Below, one piece after another: positions 34,585 through 44,360 of a stretch of DNA of 64,000 nucleotides; the first letter of the stretch is position 1; each line of letters opens with the position of its first letter. Both the position numbers and the translations under genes were made by a program. This stretch comes from Gammaproteobacteria bacterium. GTDB lineage: Bacteria; Pseudomonadota; Gammaproteobacteria; Eutrophobiales; Eutrophobiaceae. A model generated the notes under the pieces. It was given only the letters and a program-made list of their open reading frames with translations, made no database searches and was not told the origin of the DNA. The stretch is taken from the NCBI GenBank assembly GCA_963422205.2, contig CAXMWX010000009.1, positions 96,001-160,000 of the forward strand. Reading direction: 5' to 3'.

Positions 34585-35519
34585 GCTGATCCGTTGTCCT
34601 GGTTTTGTGTCAACTCCATGAAAACAGTCTCCAGAGAGCGATGCTCTGGCGATAATTCACGCAGCCCCCAGCCCTTATTAACGGCCTGCTCGGCCAGCCG
34701 AGTGGCGGTATCCTGCCGGCTGTGCCGTATGCGAAAGCGCCGCTGATCCAGCTCCTCCACCTGTTCCACCCCATCCACTGCCTGCAAGGCCTCCGGCGAT
34801 GGCGGGCGGTCAAAAGCCACAATCAGCGCCCGGCTGCCATCTGCCGCATTCACATCCTGCATTGCCTTATCAAGCACCAGCCGGCCGCGATGGATGATCA
34901 GCAGACGGCTACAGGATGATTGTATTTCCTGCAGAATATGGCTGGAGAGGATGACGCTGTGCTGTTCGCCCAATTCAGCAATGAGCTGGCGGATCTCAAG
35001 GATCTGGTTGGGGTCAAGGCCAGCCGTTGGCTCATCAAGAATCACCACGGCCGGGGAGTGAATGATCGCCTGGGCGATAGCCACCCGTTGCCGGAACCCC
35101 TTGGACAAATTGGCGATCAATCGCCCTCCGCAATCTTCTAGGCCGCAACGAATCTTGCAGTTGAGCTGCGCGCTTTGCAGGCGGTCTGCCCTTAGCTGCC
35201 GCAGCCTGCCAGCGAATGACAGGTATTCATCCACGGTCAGGTCGGGGTACAGCGGCGCTGTTTCCGGCAGGTAGCCGATGTGTGTCTTGGCCTGGCGCGC
35301 GGCAGTCGACATGGCATGACCGGCAATCGTGATCTCCCCGCTGTTGGCAAAGAGCACGCCGCCCAGCATCCTCATCGTGGTGGATTTGCCCGCCCCGTTG
35401 GGGCCGAGCAGCCCTAAAACCTCGCCACGGCCAAGGGTAAAGCTGATGTCACTGACTGCACACACGCCGCCGTAATAACGGCTGACATGGGCGACATTGA
35501 CAAGCGGGTCATCGTGCAT
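34581..35519 (-). CDS. ABC transporter ATP-binding protein (GldA-like)
   Basis: GPNGAGKST, IGYLPE, LSKGFRQR, ILDEPT.GLDP. Confidence 0.92.
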   Translation of the reverse strand: MHDDPLVNVAHVSRYYGGVCAVSDISFTLGRGEVLGLLGPNGAGKSTTMRMLGGVLFANSGEITIAGHAMSTAARQAKTHIGYLPETAPLYPDLTVDEYLSFAGRLRQLRADRLQSAQLNCKIRCGLEDCGGRLIANLSKGFRQRVAIAQAIIHSPAVVILDEPTAGLDPNQILEIRQLIAELGEQHSVILSSHILQEIQSSCSRLLIIHRGRLVLDKAMQDVNAADGSRALIVAFDRPPSPEALQAVDGVEQVEELDQRRFRIRHSRQDTATRLAEQAVNKGWGLRELSPEHRSLETVFMELTQNQDNGSA

Positions 35520-35671
35520 AAATCAATCCAGTGGTGCTGGCGTGTTGCAGATTGCGCCTGTTAAAGCACCCGCCCGGCCAAGGCATTCTTTGAAAAGAAC
35601 GTCCGGTTGATTCCATTTCCATGATGATAATACTGTCCGGGCGAGAATGAAATGATTTTGAGGATGCGAAT

Positions 35672-36265
35672 ATGCCTACTGCCGATAAATTTATTACAGC
35701 GTTTAAGCAGGTTCTGCAAGATCGCTACGATGCTGATGCCGAAAAGTTGCTGGCAGCTTATGTACAGAATCGGGCCTGGACAGCCTACATGCTCAGTAAT
35801 AATAGTGATGATAATGGTGTACTGAAAGACACAGCAGAAAAACTCCGCCAGTTCGATGAGTCGCTACGTTATGGCGTTGAGTGGTATACGATAGATGCTG
35901 TGTTTTATGGTGGCGAGAATCTACTGGAGGCGGGAGAGTATCCGTCCAGGCTTTATGCCATCATAGAGCATGAGAACAGCGATGATGTTGGCCATGAAAT
36001 GTGGAAGTTACTGCATTGGCGTTGCCCGTTAAAAATACTGATCTTCTATGACTGGAATGAAGAGGATAAGAGAACGGAAAATCGGCGTCGCTTTATGCAA
36101 AACACCCTCTGTTCGCTGAAAAAAATGCACAGCGCTGTTTCACAGTTTCAAGCCAAGGAGAATGCCGAGTATTTGCTTATTACCGCAAACAGAAAAATGA
36201 TGATGCCCTGCCTGAGTGGCGTTACACCCTGGACCTTGGTCAGACCATCACCCCAATCCCTTTAA
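35672..36265 (+). CDS. Hypothetical protein, possible PD-(D/E)xK nuclease-fold
   Basis: E..TIDAVF ... AIIEHEN ... EMWKL ... LKILIFY pattern; AT-richer than its flanks. The C-terminus may be frameshifted (alternative end 36276). Confidence 0.6.
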   Translation: MPTADKFITAFKQVLQDRYDADAEKLLAAYVQNRAWTAYMLSNNSDDNGVLKDTAEKLRQFDESLRYGVEWYTIDAVFYGGENLLEAGEYPSRLYAIIEHENSDDVGHEMWKLLHWRCPLKILIFYDWNEEDKRTENRRRFMQNTLCSLKKMHSAVSQFQAKENAEYLLITANRKMMMPCLSGVTPWTLVRPSPQSL

Positions 36266-36445
36266 GGATTCCATAGAAACTGCCACAACAGGGTGGATAA
36301 TAACTCCGTGCAAAAATCAAGGCAGGGCAGGTTTCGCAATACCAGAAACAATTTTTCAATTCTCGCTTTTGACCTATCATAGCGTAACCGGATATGCCCT
36401 TGTCCATTTATTTCGAAGCCATGCAAAGCTAAAGGGATTTGAGTT

Positions 36446-36856
36446 ATGTCCGTTACTGATTTATTTAACAGACTGAATGCACCGCTGGCTAATCAAAGAT
36501 GGTCTTGGGGCAGCGTCCGAGAATCAGATGGCGCTGTCATTTTAAGGGTTTGGCAAGATCGTGGAATCACGCGTGATAATCGCCATTTTGTGATGATCAC
36601 TCATCATGAAAAATATGAGGGCAAGGAAGATCACCTTGGCTACAAAGAGCGTAATGAGCACGCCGAACTTATTAGAAACGGCAGTAAGTGTTTGATGGTA
36701 ATGTGCCTTGCTAAAGATGCAGAAGCATCACCAAGGACAATCAAAAGTTTCAATTCCAAGGACATTTTTGTTGGTGGTGAAGTATTAGAACACAATGGCA
36801 ATACCTGGGTAGAGTTGTTACCTGATAGAATTCCAGTTAAAAAGGCAGTCGCATAA
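36446..36856 (+). CDS. Hypothetical protein (RWSWG..VILRVW motif)
   Basis: 136-aa ORF with AAGGGA SD; AT-rich island; function unknown. Confidence 0.75.
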   Translation: MSVTDLFNRLNAPLANQRWSWGSVRESDGAVILRVWQDRGITRDNRHFVMITHHEKYEGKEDHLGYKERNEHAELIRNGSKCLMVMCLAKDAEASPRTIKSFNSKDIFVGGEVLEHNGNTWVELLPDRIPVKKAVA

Positions 36857-36870
36857 AAAACTGTTCAAGT
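36851..36870 (+). mobile_element. Degenerate left half of an integron attC site
   Basis: GCATAAA-AAACT-GTTCAAGT overlapping the stop codon matches R''(RYYYAAC-like)-5 bp-L'' geometry. No right half visible. Confidence 0.4.
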
Positions 36871-36886
36871 TGCGCTCCACAAGGTA

Positions 36887-37110
36887 TTCGCTTCAACTGA
36901 AAAAGCGCTCGCTGGTATAGGAAAACCCGTCAAGGCTTCTCTGGCTGACATGAGCAAAAATAATGAGAATACGTCAGAACCCCCTGCGCTTAAAAATTAC
37001 CGTGGCAAATTCATGGTGCGTATCCCGTCAAAAACTCATCGTATGCTTGCCATTCAAGCAGCGAATCCGGGATTAGTCTAAACAGGTCAGTGTCCAGAGA
37101 ACTGAATTAG
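36887..37110 (+). pseudogene. hicB: 5'-truncated, frameshifted HicB-family antitoxin relic
   Basis: Manual translation ..EKALAGI..ADM...EP...NYRGKFMVRIPSKTHRMLAIQAA/(E)SGISLNR; -1 shift near 37063; no start codon and no hicA. Confidence 0.75.
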
Positions 37111-37160
37111 CCCACGCAGGCAGCAATAACCACTCTGGCCGGTCAAACCGGGCGGCCTAC

Positions 37161-37186
37161 GCCCCTGTCTGTACACAGACAGGGGC
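37161..37186. terminator. Perfect GC-rich hairpin at the island boundary
   Basis: GCCCCTGTCTG-TACA-CAGACAGGGGC; no strong U-tract. Confidence 0.45.
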
Positions 37187-37334
37187 ATAAAGAGCTGCGA
37201 TTACAACCCCGTGCAGCACATGATTAACTATAACAAAAAGGGCAATAGGTGGTGGACTCATACAAACAGTAGACCCTCGCCGCAATCCCGGTTAGCATGT
37301 CGGCAGACTAAATCAACCTGCAAGTGGTGCCTGT

Positions 37335-38513
37335 ATGTTTCATGACCTGCCCGTTTGGGCGTATCTGCTGCTCACGCTTTTTCTGACCCATCTCACCATC
37401 ATCTCGGTCACGGTGTTTTTGCATCGTCACCAGGCCCATCGGGCGCTGGATTTACACCCGTTGATGAGCCATATATTTCGTTTCTGGTTATGGCTGAGCA
37501 CGGGTATGGTGACGAGAGAATGGGTTGCCGTACACAGAAAACACCATGCCAAAGTGGAGACCGAGGCAGACCCGCACAGCCCGACACAACACGGCATCAT
37601 CAAGGTGTTGACCGAAGGGACCGAGCTGTATCGCCAGGAGGCCGCCCAACCGGCAACGCTGGAGAAATACGGCCACCAAACCCCGGATGACTGGCTGGAG
37701 CGGCACATTTATATCCCGTACAGCAGCTTAGGCATTGGCCTGATGTTGCTGCTCAATGTGGTTTTGTTTGGCGCCCCGGGCCTTACGATATGGGCGGTAC
37801 AGATGCTCTGGATTCCCTTGTTTGCCGCTGGCGTAATCAACGGCCTGGGTCACTGGTGCGGCTACCGCAATTTTGAATCGGCCGATGCCTCAACCAACAT
37901 CCTGCCTCTCGGCGTGTTCATCGGCGGCGAAGAGTTGCATAATAACCATCATGCCTTTGCTGGTGCTGCCCGGTTCTCCAACAAATGGTATGAATTTGAC
38001 CTCGGCTGGTTTTACATCCGTCTGCTGTCTGGCCTTCGCCTGGCGCATGTCAGGCGGCTGGCGCCCGTGCCGCATTTTGACCATGACAAACAGACCATTG
38101 ATCTGGATACGGTGCAGGCGATCATCAGTAATCGCCTGCATATCATGGCGGTTTATGCCCGGACGGTGGTAGGGCAAGTCTATAAGGAGGAGGCCTCTGC
38201 TGCCAGTCGGCGGGCGAGGAGATTACTCCGTCGGGGGCGGCGTTATTTGACCCGGCATGAGTTTTTGCTTGACGCAAACGCCCTGCATAATCTCGAACAG
38301 GTGTTTGCCAACAGTGACAGGCTGAGGCAGGTATATGAATTGAAACAACAACTGCAACAGTTATGGCTGCAAAAAAGCGCCACCCGGGAAAGCCTGCTGG
38401 GGGATTTGCAGTCCTGGTGTCGGCAGGCCGAGGCAACAGGCATCTGTGCGCTGCAGGAATTTGCCGCCGCTCTTCGTGCCTATACCCGCCCGCCGACACG
38501 GCAACCCGCATAA
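37335..38513 (+). CDS. DesA-family (delta-9-like) fatty acid desaturase with C-terminal helical extension
   Basis: His boxes HRHQAH, HRKHH and ELHNNHH. Confidence 0.92.
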   Translation: MFHDLPVWAYLLLTLFLTHLTIISVTVFLHRHQAHRALDLHPLMSHIFRFWLWLSTGMVTREWVAVHRKHHAKVETEADPHSPTQHGIIKVLTEGTELYRQEAAQPATLEKYGHQTPDDWLERHIYIPYSSLGIGLMLLLNVVLFGAPGLTIWAVQMLWIPLFAAGVINGLGHWCGYRNFESADASTNILPLGVFIGGEELHNNHHAFAGAARFSNKWYEFDLGWFYIRLLSGLRLAHVRRLAPVPHFDHDKQTIDLDTVQAIISNRLHIMAVYARTVVGQVYKEEASAASRRARRLLRRGRRYLTRHEFLLDANALHNLEQVFANSDRLRQVYELKQQLQQLWLQKSATRESLLGDLQSWCRQAEATGICALQEFAAALRAYTRPPTRQPA

Positions 38514-38661
38514 GCCAGGGGCAGCGACCAGGCCGCCGGTACGGCATTTGTGCCGGCTTCCCGCCCCATGTCTTTACCTGCTGGTTTATATGCCGAATGA
38601 CAACATCAGGGCGTGCGCCAATATTTCCATGCCTCAGCATAGCGCATAACATGCCGCCGGT

Positions 38662-39732
38662 ATGCACATGATGCCGCCAGCCAACGACAACGTGCTTAAC
38701 AATATCCACACCGCCGTGCTGGTGTTCAACCGGGAGCTTGGCCTGTTAGACATCAACACCGCTGGCGAGAACCTGCTTTCCCTCAGCCAGCGCCAGGCCT
38801 GTGGTCACAATGCCTATGCGCTGCTGCCGCACGCCACAGTGCTGGTTGACAATATCCAGCGTGCCATCACCACTGGCCAGCCGTACATGGAGTGGAGCCT
38901 GGAGTTGAGCCTGGCGGCCAACCGGTTGCTGACCGTGGATTGTATGGTGACGCCCGTGCTGGAGGATCAACAGTGCAATCAGGTCATCCTGGAGATCATT
39001 GATGCAGATTCTCACTCCAGGGTGATGCGGGAGGCACGGCTGACGGCGGTACATGAGGCCGCCCGCAAGTCTGTCAGCGGCATGGCACATGAAATCAAGA
39101 ATCCGCTGGGGGCGTTACGGGGTGCTGCCCAGCTATTGCAAAGCGAGTTGACGGATGCGGCATTGAGGGAATACACCCGCATCATCATCAGCGAAGCCGA
39201 TCGTCTGCAGAGCCTGGTGGATCGGATGCTGGCGCCCTCGGTCAAGCGCCGGATTGCGCCCGTGAACATCCACGAAGTGCTGGAATATGTTTGTCATCTG
39301 ATCAGCACGGAAGGTGAGCCGGGGCTGAAGATTGTGCGTGACTATGATCCGAGCCTGCCGCTGTTGGACGCTGACCGGGGACACTTGATTCAGGTGATAA
39401 TGAACATCATGCAGAACGCCCGGCAGGCGGTTGACCGGCGGGGCCGCATTCTGATCAAAACGCGCATCAGGCGATGTTGCACAATAAGACAGAAAACCTG
39501 GAAGCTGGTCGTGGTGATAGAGCTTGTGGATGACGGCCCGGGCGTGCCGGAGGAGATCAGCGAGCAGATATTCTACCCCATGGTAACCGGCCGGGCCGAG
39601 GGCACCGGGCTGGGTTTATCGATTGCACAATCGCTGGTGCATTCGCATGGCGGGGCGATTGAATATGAGCGGCTGGACGGGCAAAGCTGCTTTCGGGTGT
39701 CGTTGCCGGTGGGCTGTGTGCATGAGAACTGA
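38662..39732 (+). CDS. ntrB: Nitrogen regulation sensor kinase NtrB
   Basis: PAS domain, MAHEIKNPLG.LRGAAQLL, DYDPSLP, IFYPMVTGR.EGTGLGL. Confidence 0.95.
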   Translation: MHMMPPANDNVLNNIHTAVLVFNRELGLLDINTAGENLLSLSQRQACGHNAYALLPHATVLVDNIQRAITTGQPYMEWSLELSLAANRLLTVDCMVTPVLEDQQCNQVILEIIDADSHSRVMREARLTAVHEAARKSVSGMAHEIKNPLGALRGAAQLLQSELTDAALREYTRIIISEADRLQSLVDRMLAPSVKRRIAPVNIHEVLEYVCHLISTEGEPGLKIVRDYDPSLPLLDADRGHLIQVIMNIMQNARQAVDRRGRILIKTRIRRCCTIRQKTWKLVVVIELVDDGPGVPEEISEQIFYPMVTGRAEGTGLGLSIAQSLVHSHGGAIEYERLDGQSCFRVSLPVGCVHEN

Positions 39733-41137
39733 GCAAACCATCTGGGTCGTTGATGACGATAAATCGATCCGCTGGGTGCTGGAGAAGGCGCTGGCGAGGC
39801 AGCAGTTGGCGAGCCGCTGCTTTGCGAACGCCTCAAGCCTGCTAACCCGGCTGAAGGCCGAGCGTCCGGCGGCGATCATCTCCGATATCCGTATGCCCGG
39901 TATGGATGGCCTTGGCCTGTTGCGGCAGATAAAAACAGACTATCCGAATATCCCGGTGATTATCATGACGGCCTATGCTGATCTGGAGCGGGCGGTATCT
40001 GCATTTCAAGGCGGTGCTTATGAGTATGTGCCCAAGCCATTTGATGTGGATGAGCTGATGGCGCTGGTAGCAAAGACCTTGCAACAACGGCTGCCAAAAG
40101 ACAAGGCGGCCACGGCCAGGGAAGATCGGGCGGCTGATATTATCGGCTCGGCCCCGTCCATGCAGCAGGTCTTTCGCGCCATAGCCAGATTGTCCAGTTC
40201 CAACCTGACGGTGTTGATCACCGGCGAATCCGGCACCGGCAAGGAGTTGGTGGCCGCCGCCCTGCACAAACACAGCGCCCGCCGCCCCGCCCCGTTCATC
40301 GCCTTGAACACGGCGGCCATACCGAGAGACCTGCTGGAGTCAGAGTTGTTCGGGCATGAAAAAGGCGCCTTTACCAGCGCAGACAGTCAACGTCCCGGCC
40401 GCTTTGAGCAGGCCGATGGCGGCACCCTGTTCTTAGATGAGATAGGCGACATGCCGGCGGACTTGCAAACGCGGTTTTTACGGGTGCTGGCCGATGGCGA
40501 ATTTTACCGCATCGGCGGACGTACACCGATTAAGGCGAATGTGCGGGTAGTTGCGGCAACGCACCAGAATCTGGAACAGCGCGTTAAGGACGGCCTGTTT
40601 CGAGAAGACCTGTTTCATCGTCTGAATGTTATTCGTGTGCACCTGCCGGCCCTGCGAGAGCGGCGTGAGGACATTCCGGCGCTGGTGACGCACTTCCTGC
40701 AACGTGCTGTTGAGGAGTTGGGAGGCGAAGCCAAGATCATGCTGAAGCCGACAATGGCACACCTGATGACGCTGGGCTGGCCGGGCAATGTGCGGCAGTT
40801 GGAAAACTTCTGCCGCTGGGTCACGGTGATGGCACCGGGCAATGAGATACACCTCGGCGATTTGCCGCCGGAGTTGGAAAAACCAGCGGCTGCCGACCGG
40901 GAATCGCCACTCCCGGAGGGTGCCGATTGGGAGTCGCCACTCCGGCGATATGTGAGCACCAGCCTGATAAACGGCGAGCAGGCTATTCTGCGTGATGTTA
41001 TACCGCGGGTTGAGCAGATCATGATCGAACAGGCAATGCAGCAGTCCGGCGGGCACAAGCAGGAGGCGGCAAAACTGCTTGGCTGGGGACGCAATACGCT
41101 GGCCCGCAAGCTGCGGATGCTGGGCACGAAGCGGTAG
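39722..41137 (+). CDS. ntrC: Nitrogen regulation response regulator NtrC
   Basis: [44 protein letters not shown] at 39722. Confidence 0.96.
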   Translation: MRTEQTIWVVDDDKSIRWVLEKALARQQLASRCFANASSLLTRLKAERPAAIISDIRMPGMDGLGLLRQIKTDYPNIPVIIMTAYADLERAVSAFQGGAYEYVPKPFDVDELMALVAKTLQQRLPKDKAATAREDRAADIIGSAPSMQQVFRAIARLSSSNLTVLITGESGTGKELVAAALHKHSARRPAPFIALNTAAIPRDLLESELFGHEKGAFTSADSQRPGRFEQADGGTLFLDEIGDMPADLQTRFLRVLADGEFYRIGGRTPIKANVRVVAATHQNLEQRVKDGLFREDLFHRLNVIRVHLPALRERREDIPALVTHFLQRAVEELGGEAKIMLKPTMAHLMTLGWPGNVRQLENFCRWVTVMAPGNEIHLGDLPPELEKPAAADRESPLPEGADWESPLRRYVSTSLINGEQAILRDVIPRVEQIMIEQAMQQSGGHKQEAAKLLGWGRNTLARKLRMLGTKR

Positions 41138-41189
41138 ATGGCGGCTTAAAATTTACCCCCGGAGAGACGTCTGGCCGGCTAAGGATGCG

Positions 41190-42224
<1,035 letters not shown>

Positions 42225-42247
42225 TCAATTTGTAGTCTAATATTCCC

Positions 42248-43072
42248 ATGAATTGGCTGATCGACCAAGAGGCAATCATTCGCCTGGGCTGTTTTACTGC
42301 CGTATTGTTCGGCATGTTTGCCTGGGAGGCCGTGCTGCCGCGGCGAGAATTAACGCCCGGCCATAAAAAAAGGCAGGTGACGAATTTATTGCTGGTCTTT
42401 ATCAACACCTCTCTGGTGCGCCTGTTGCCCGGGTTTGCTGCCGTGGCTGTGGCATTGCAGGCAGAACAACAGGCCACAGGCGTGTTATACCTGCTGCATC
42501 TGCCTTTCTGGCTGGAGGCCATCGTGGCTTTTGTGCTGCTTGATCTGGCTATTTACGGTCAACATGTCGCCTTCCACAAGGCGCCCTGGCTGTGGCGTTT
42601 GCACCGGGTACACCATACCGACCACGCCTTTGATGTCACCACGGGGGTGCGCTTTCACCCGCTGGAGATCCTGCTGTCGATGCTGATTAAAATGGCGGTG
42701 GTGATTTTGCTCGGCGCCCCGCCAGGCGTGGTGATTGCCTTTGAGATCATCTTAAATGCAACTTCCCTGTTCAACCACGGCAATGTACGCATCAGTCTGC
42801 CGCTTGAGCGGATTATCCGCACCCTCATTGTAACGCCAGACATGCACCGGGTGCATCATTCGGTCAATCGTCCTGAGACTGACAGCAATTTCGGGTTTAA
42901 TTTTTCCTGTTGGGACCGGTTGTTTGGCACCTATCGGGCCGAGCCTCTGGGCGGTCATGAGGCGATGCAGATAGGGCTACAGGAGTTCAGGGGGACGGAT
43001 ACGGCCAATATTTTCAGCCTGTTGCGGCAGCCTTTCAAGGCGATAAACACTATCAGCGTCAAGCCAGAGTAG
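42248..43072 (+). CDS. Sterol desaturase / fatty acid hydroxylase family protein
   Basis: H...H, LHRVHH, RFHPLE, HRVHHS, NFG....WDRLFGT. Confidence 0.9.
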   Translation: MNWLIDQEAIIRLGCFTAVLFGMFAWEAVLPRRELTPGHKKRQVTNLLLVFINTSLVRLLPGFAAVAVALQAEQQATGVLYLLHLPFWLEAIVAFVLLDLAIYGQHVAFHKAPWLWRLHRVHHTDHAFDVTTGVRFHPLEILLSMLIKMAVVILLGAPPGVVIAFEIILNATSLFNHGNVRISLPLERIIRTLIVTPDMHRVHHSVNRPETDSNFGFNFSCWDRLFGTYRAEPLGGHEAMQIGLQEFRGTDTANIFSLLRQPFKAINTISVKPE

Positions 43073-43095
43073 ACATAGACCATCGCCTGCACGCA

Positions 43096-43818
43096 TCAGG
43101 GTTGTGGCAGTGTCTTGACCGTGCCTTCAATCCACGCTTCCACTTCCGCTGTGAGTCGCCTGGCACTTTTACCGGCCACGGCGATGGGCTGGCCGATGAC
43201 CATGTTGATCACGCCGGCCTGTTTGGTGAAGCTGCTGCGGGGCCAGAAGTGGCCGGCATTATGGGCGACCGGCACGATCGGATAACCGGATTTCGCCGCC
43301 AGCATGGCCCCGCCCGCCTGATAGGTTTGGCGCTTGCCCGGCGGTGTGCGTGTGCCTTCAGGAAAGATCACCACACACAGGCCACGGTGTAATTTTTCAC
43401 TGCCCTCACGCAGCAGTTGTTTCAGTGCATGCACTGCCGAGCCCCGGTCAATGGCAATCGGCTGCATACTCGCCAGGCCCCAGCCATAGATGGGGATCCA
43501 TAATAACTCACGCTTCAGGATCCAGGCCTGGGCGGGGAAGATGAGCTGAATGGCCAGCGTCTCCCAGGCCGACTGGTGTTTGCACATGATAATGTAAGGC
43601 GCCCTGGGTATGTTTCCCCGGCCGCTGATGTTGGCATCAAGCCGACAGGTGATCTTCAACCACCATAGATTAAACCGCGCCCAGTTAGCGATAATCCCGA
43701 AGCGCCTGGGGTAGGGGATGGGCAGCAGCAGCAGCGAAACCGGCACCATGATCATGGTGGCGAGGGCCATGCCGGTGTAGAACAGCAGGGCGCGTAGAGA
43801 CAGCATCATGTTCAGCAT
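43096..43818 (-). CDS. plsC: 1-acyl-sn-glycerol-3-phosphate acyltransferase
   Basis: KHQSAWET and IFPEGTR; glyQS-gmhB-plsC order. Confidence 0.9.
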   Translation of the reverse strand: MLNMMLSLRALLFYTGMALATMIMVPVSLLLLPIPYPRRFGIIANWARFNLWWLKITCRLDANISGRGNIPRAPYIIMCKHQSAWETLAIQLIFPAQAWILKRELLWIPIYGWGLASMQPIAIDRGSAVHALKQLLREGSEKLHRGLCVVIFPEGTRTPPGKRQTYQAGGAMLAAKSGYPIVPVAHNAGHFWPRSSFTKQAGVINMVIGQPIAVAGKSARRLTAEVEAWIEGTVKTLPQP

Positions 43819-44351
43819 TGCTCCAGGATAGATGCCGCCGCAGCGGCCAGATCGTCATACACGGGAACTGCATCAGCGATCACGCCTCGTTCAAGCTCGG
43901 CCTGGCCCTTGCCGGTTCTGACCAGGACGGGTTTTGCCTTGATTGCCTGTGCGGCCTGTATGTCTGTTAGCTTATCGCCGATAAAATACACATGCTGCAA
44001 CGACACACGCAGGCGGTCACTGATATCCTCCAGCAGGCCGGTTGCCGGTTTGCGACAGCCACAGCCCGCCCCGGCGGCATGGGGGCAGAAAAATATCGCT
44101 TCGATCACGCCGCCGTATTGTGCAAGATGCGTCAGCATCCTCTGGTGAATCCGGTGCAAGTCCTCAATAGATAAGATGCCGAGCGCCAGTGCCGACTGGT
44201 TGCTGACCACCACGATGCGGTAGCCGTTCAGGGACAGGTGGGCGATCGCTTGCAGGCTGCCGGGAATGGCCTCCCATTGTTGCTCTGAGGTGATGTAATC
44301 GTCCGAGTCGTGATTAATCACGCCATCACGATCCAGAATAATCAGACTCAT
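43812..44351 (-). CDS. gmhB: D-glycero-D-manno-heptose 1,7-bisphosphate phosphatase
   Basis: LDRDGVIN, NQS, CPH....CGCRKP, IGD. Confidence 0.93.
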   Translation of the reverse strand: MSLIILDRDGVINHDSDDYITSEQQWEAIPGSLQAIAHLSLNGYRIVVVSNQSALALGILSIEDLHRIHQRMLTHLAQYGGVIEAIFFCPHAAGAGCGCRKPATGLLEDISDRLRVSLQHVYFIGDKLTDIQAAQAIKAKPVLVRTGKGQAELERGVIADAVPVYDDLAAAAASILEQC

Positions 44352-44360
44352 CGTTATGTG

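Noticed and set aside
36216-36476. 86-aa ORF bridging the two island genes
   Set aside because: Its first part is probably the frameshift-adjacent tail region of the upstream gene, it overlaps both neighbours, and it has no RBS or motif.
38100-38513. C-terminal extension of the desaturase, sometimes labelled ISL3-transposase-like
   Set aside because: Normal part of proteobacterial DesA-type proteins; no inverted repeats or DDE core, so not a mobile element.
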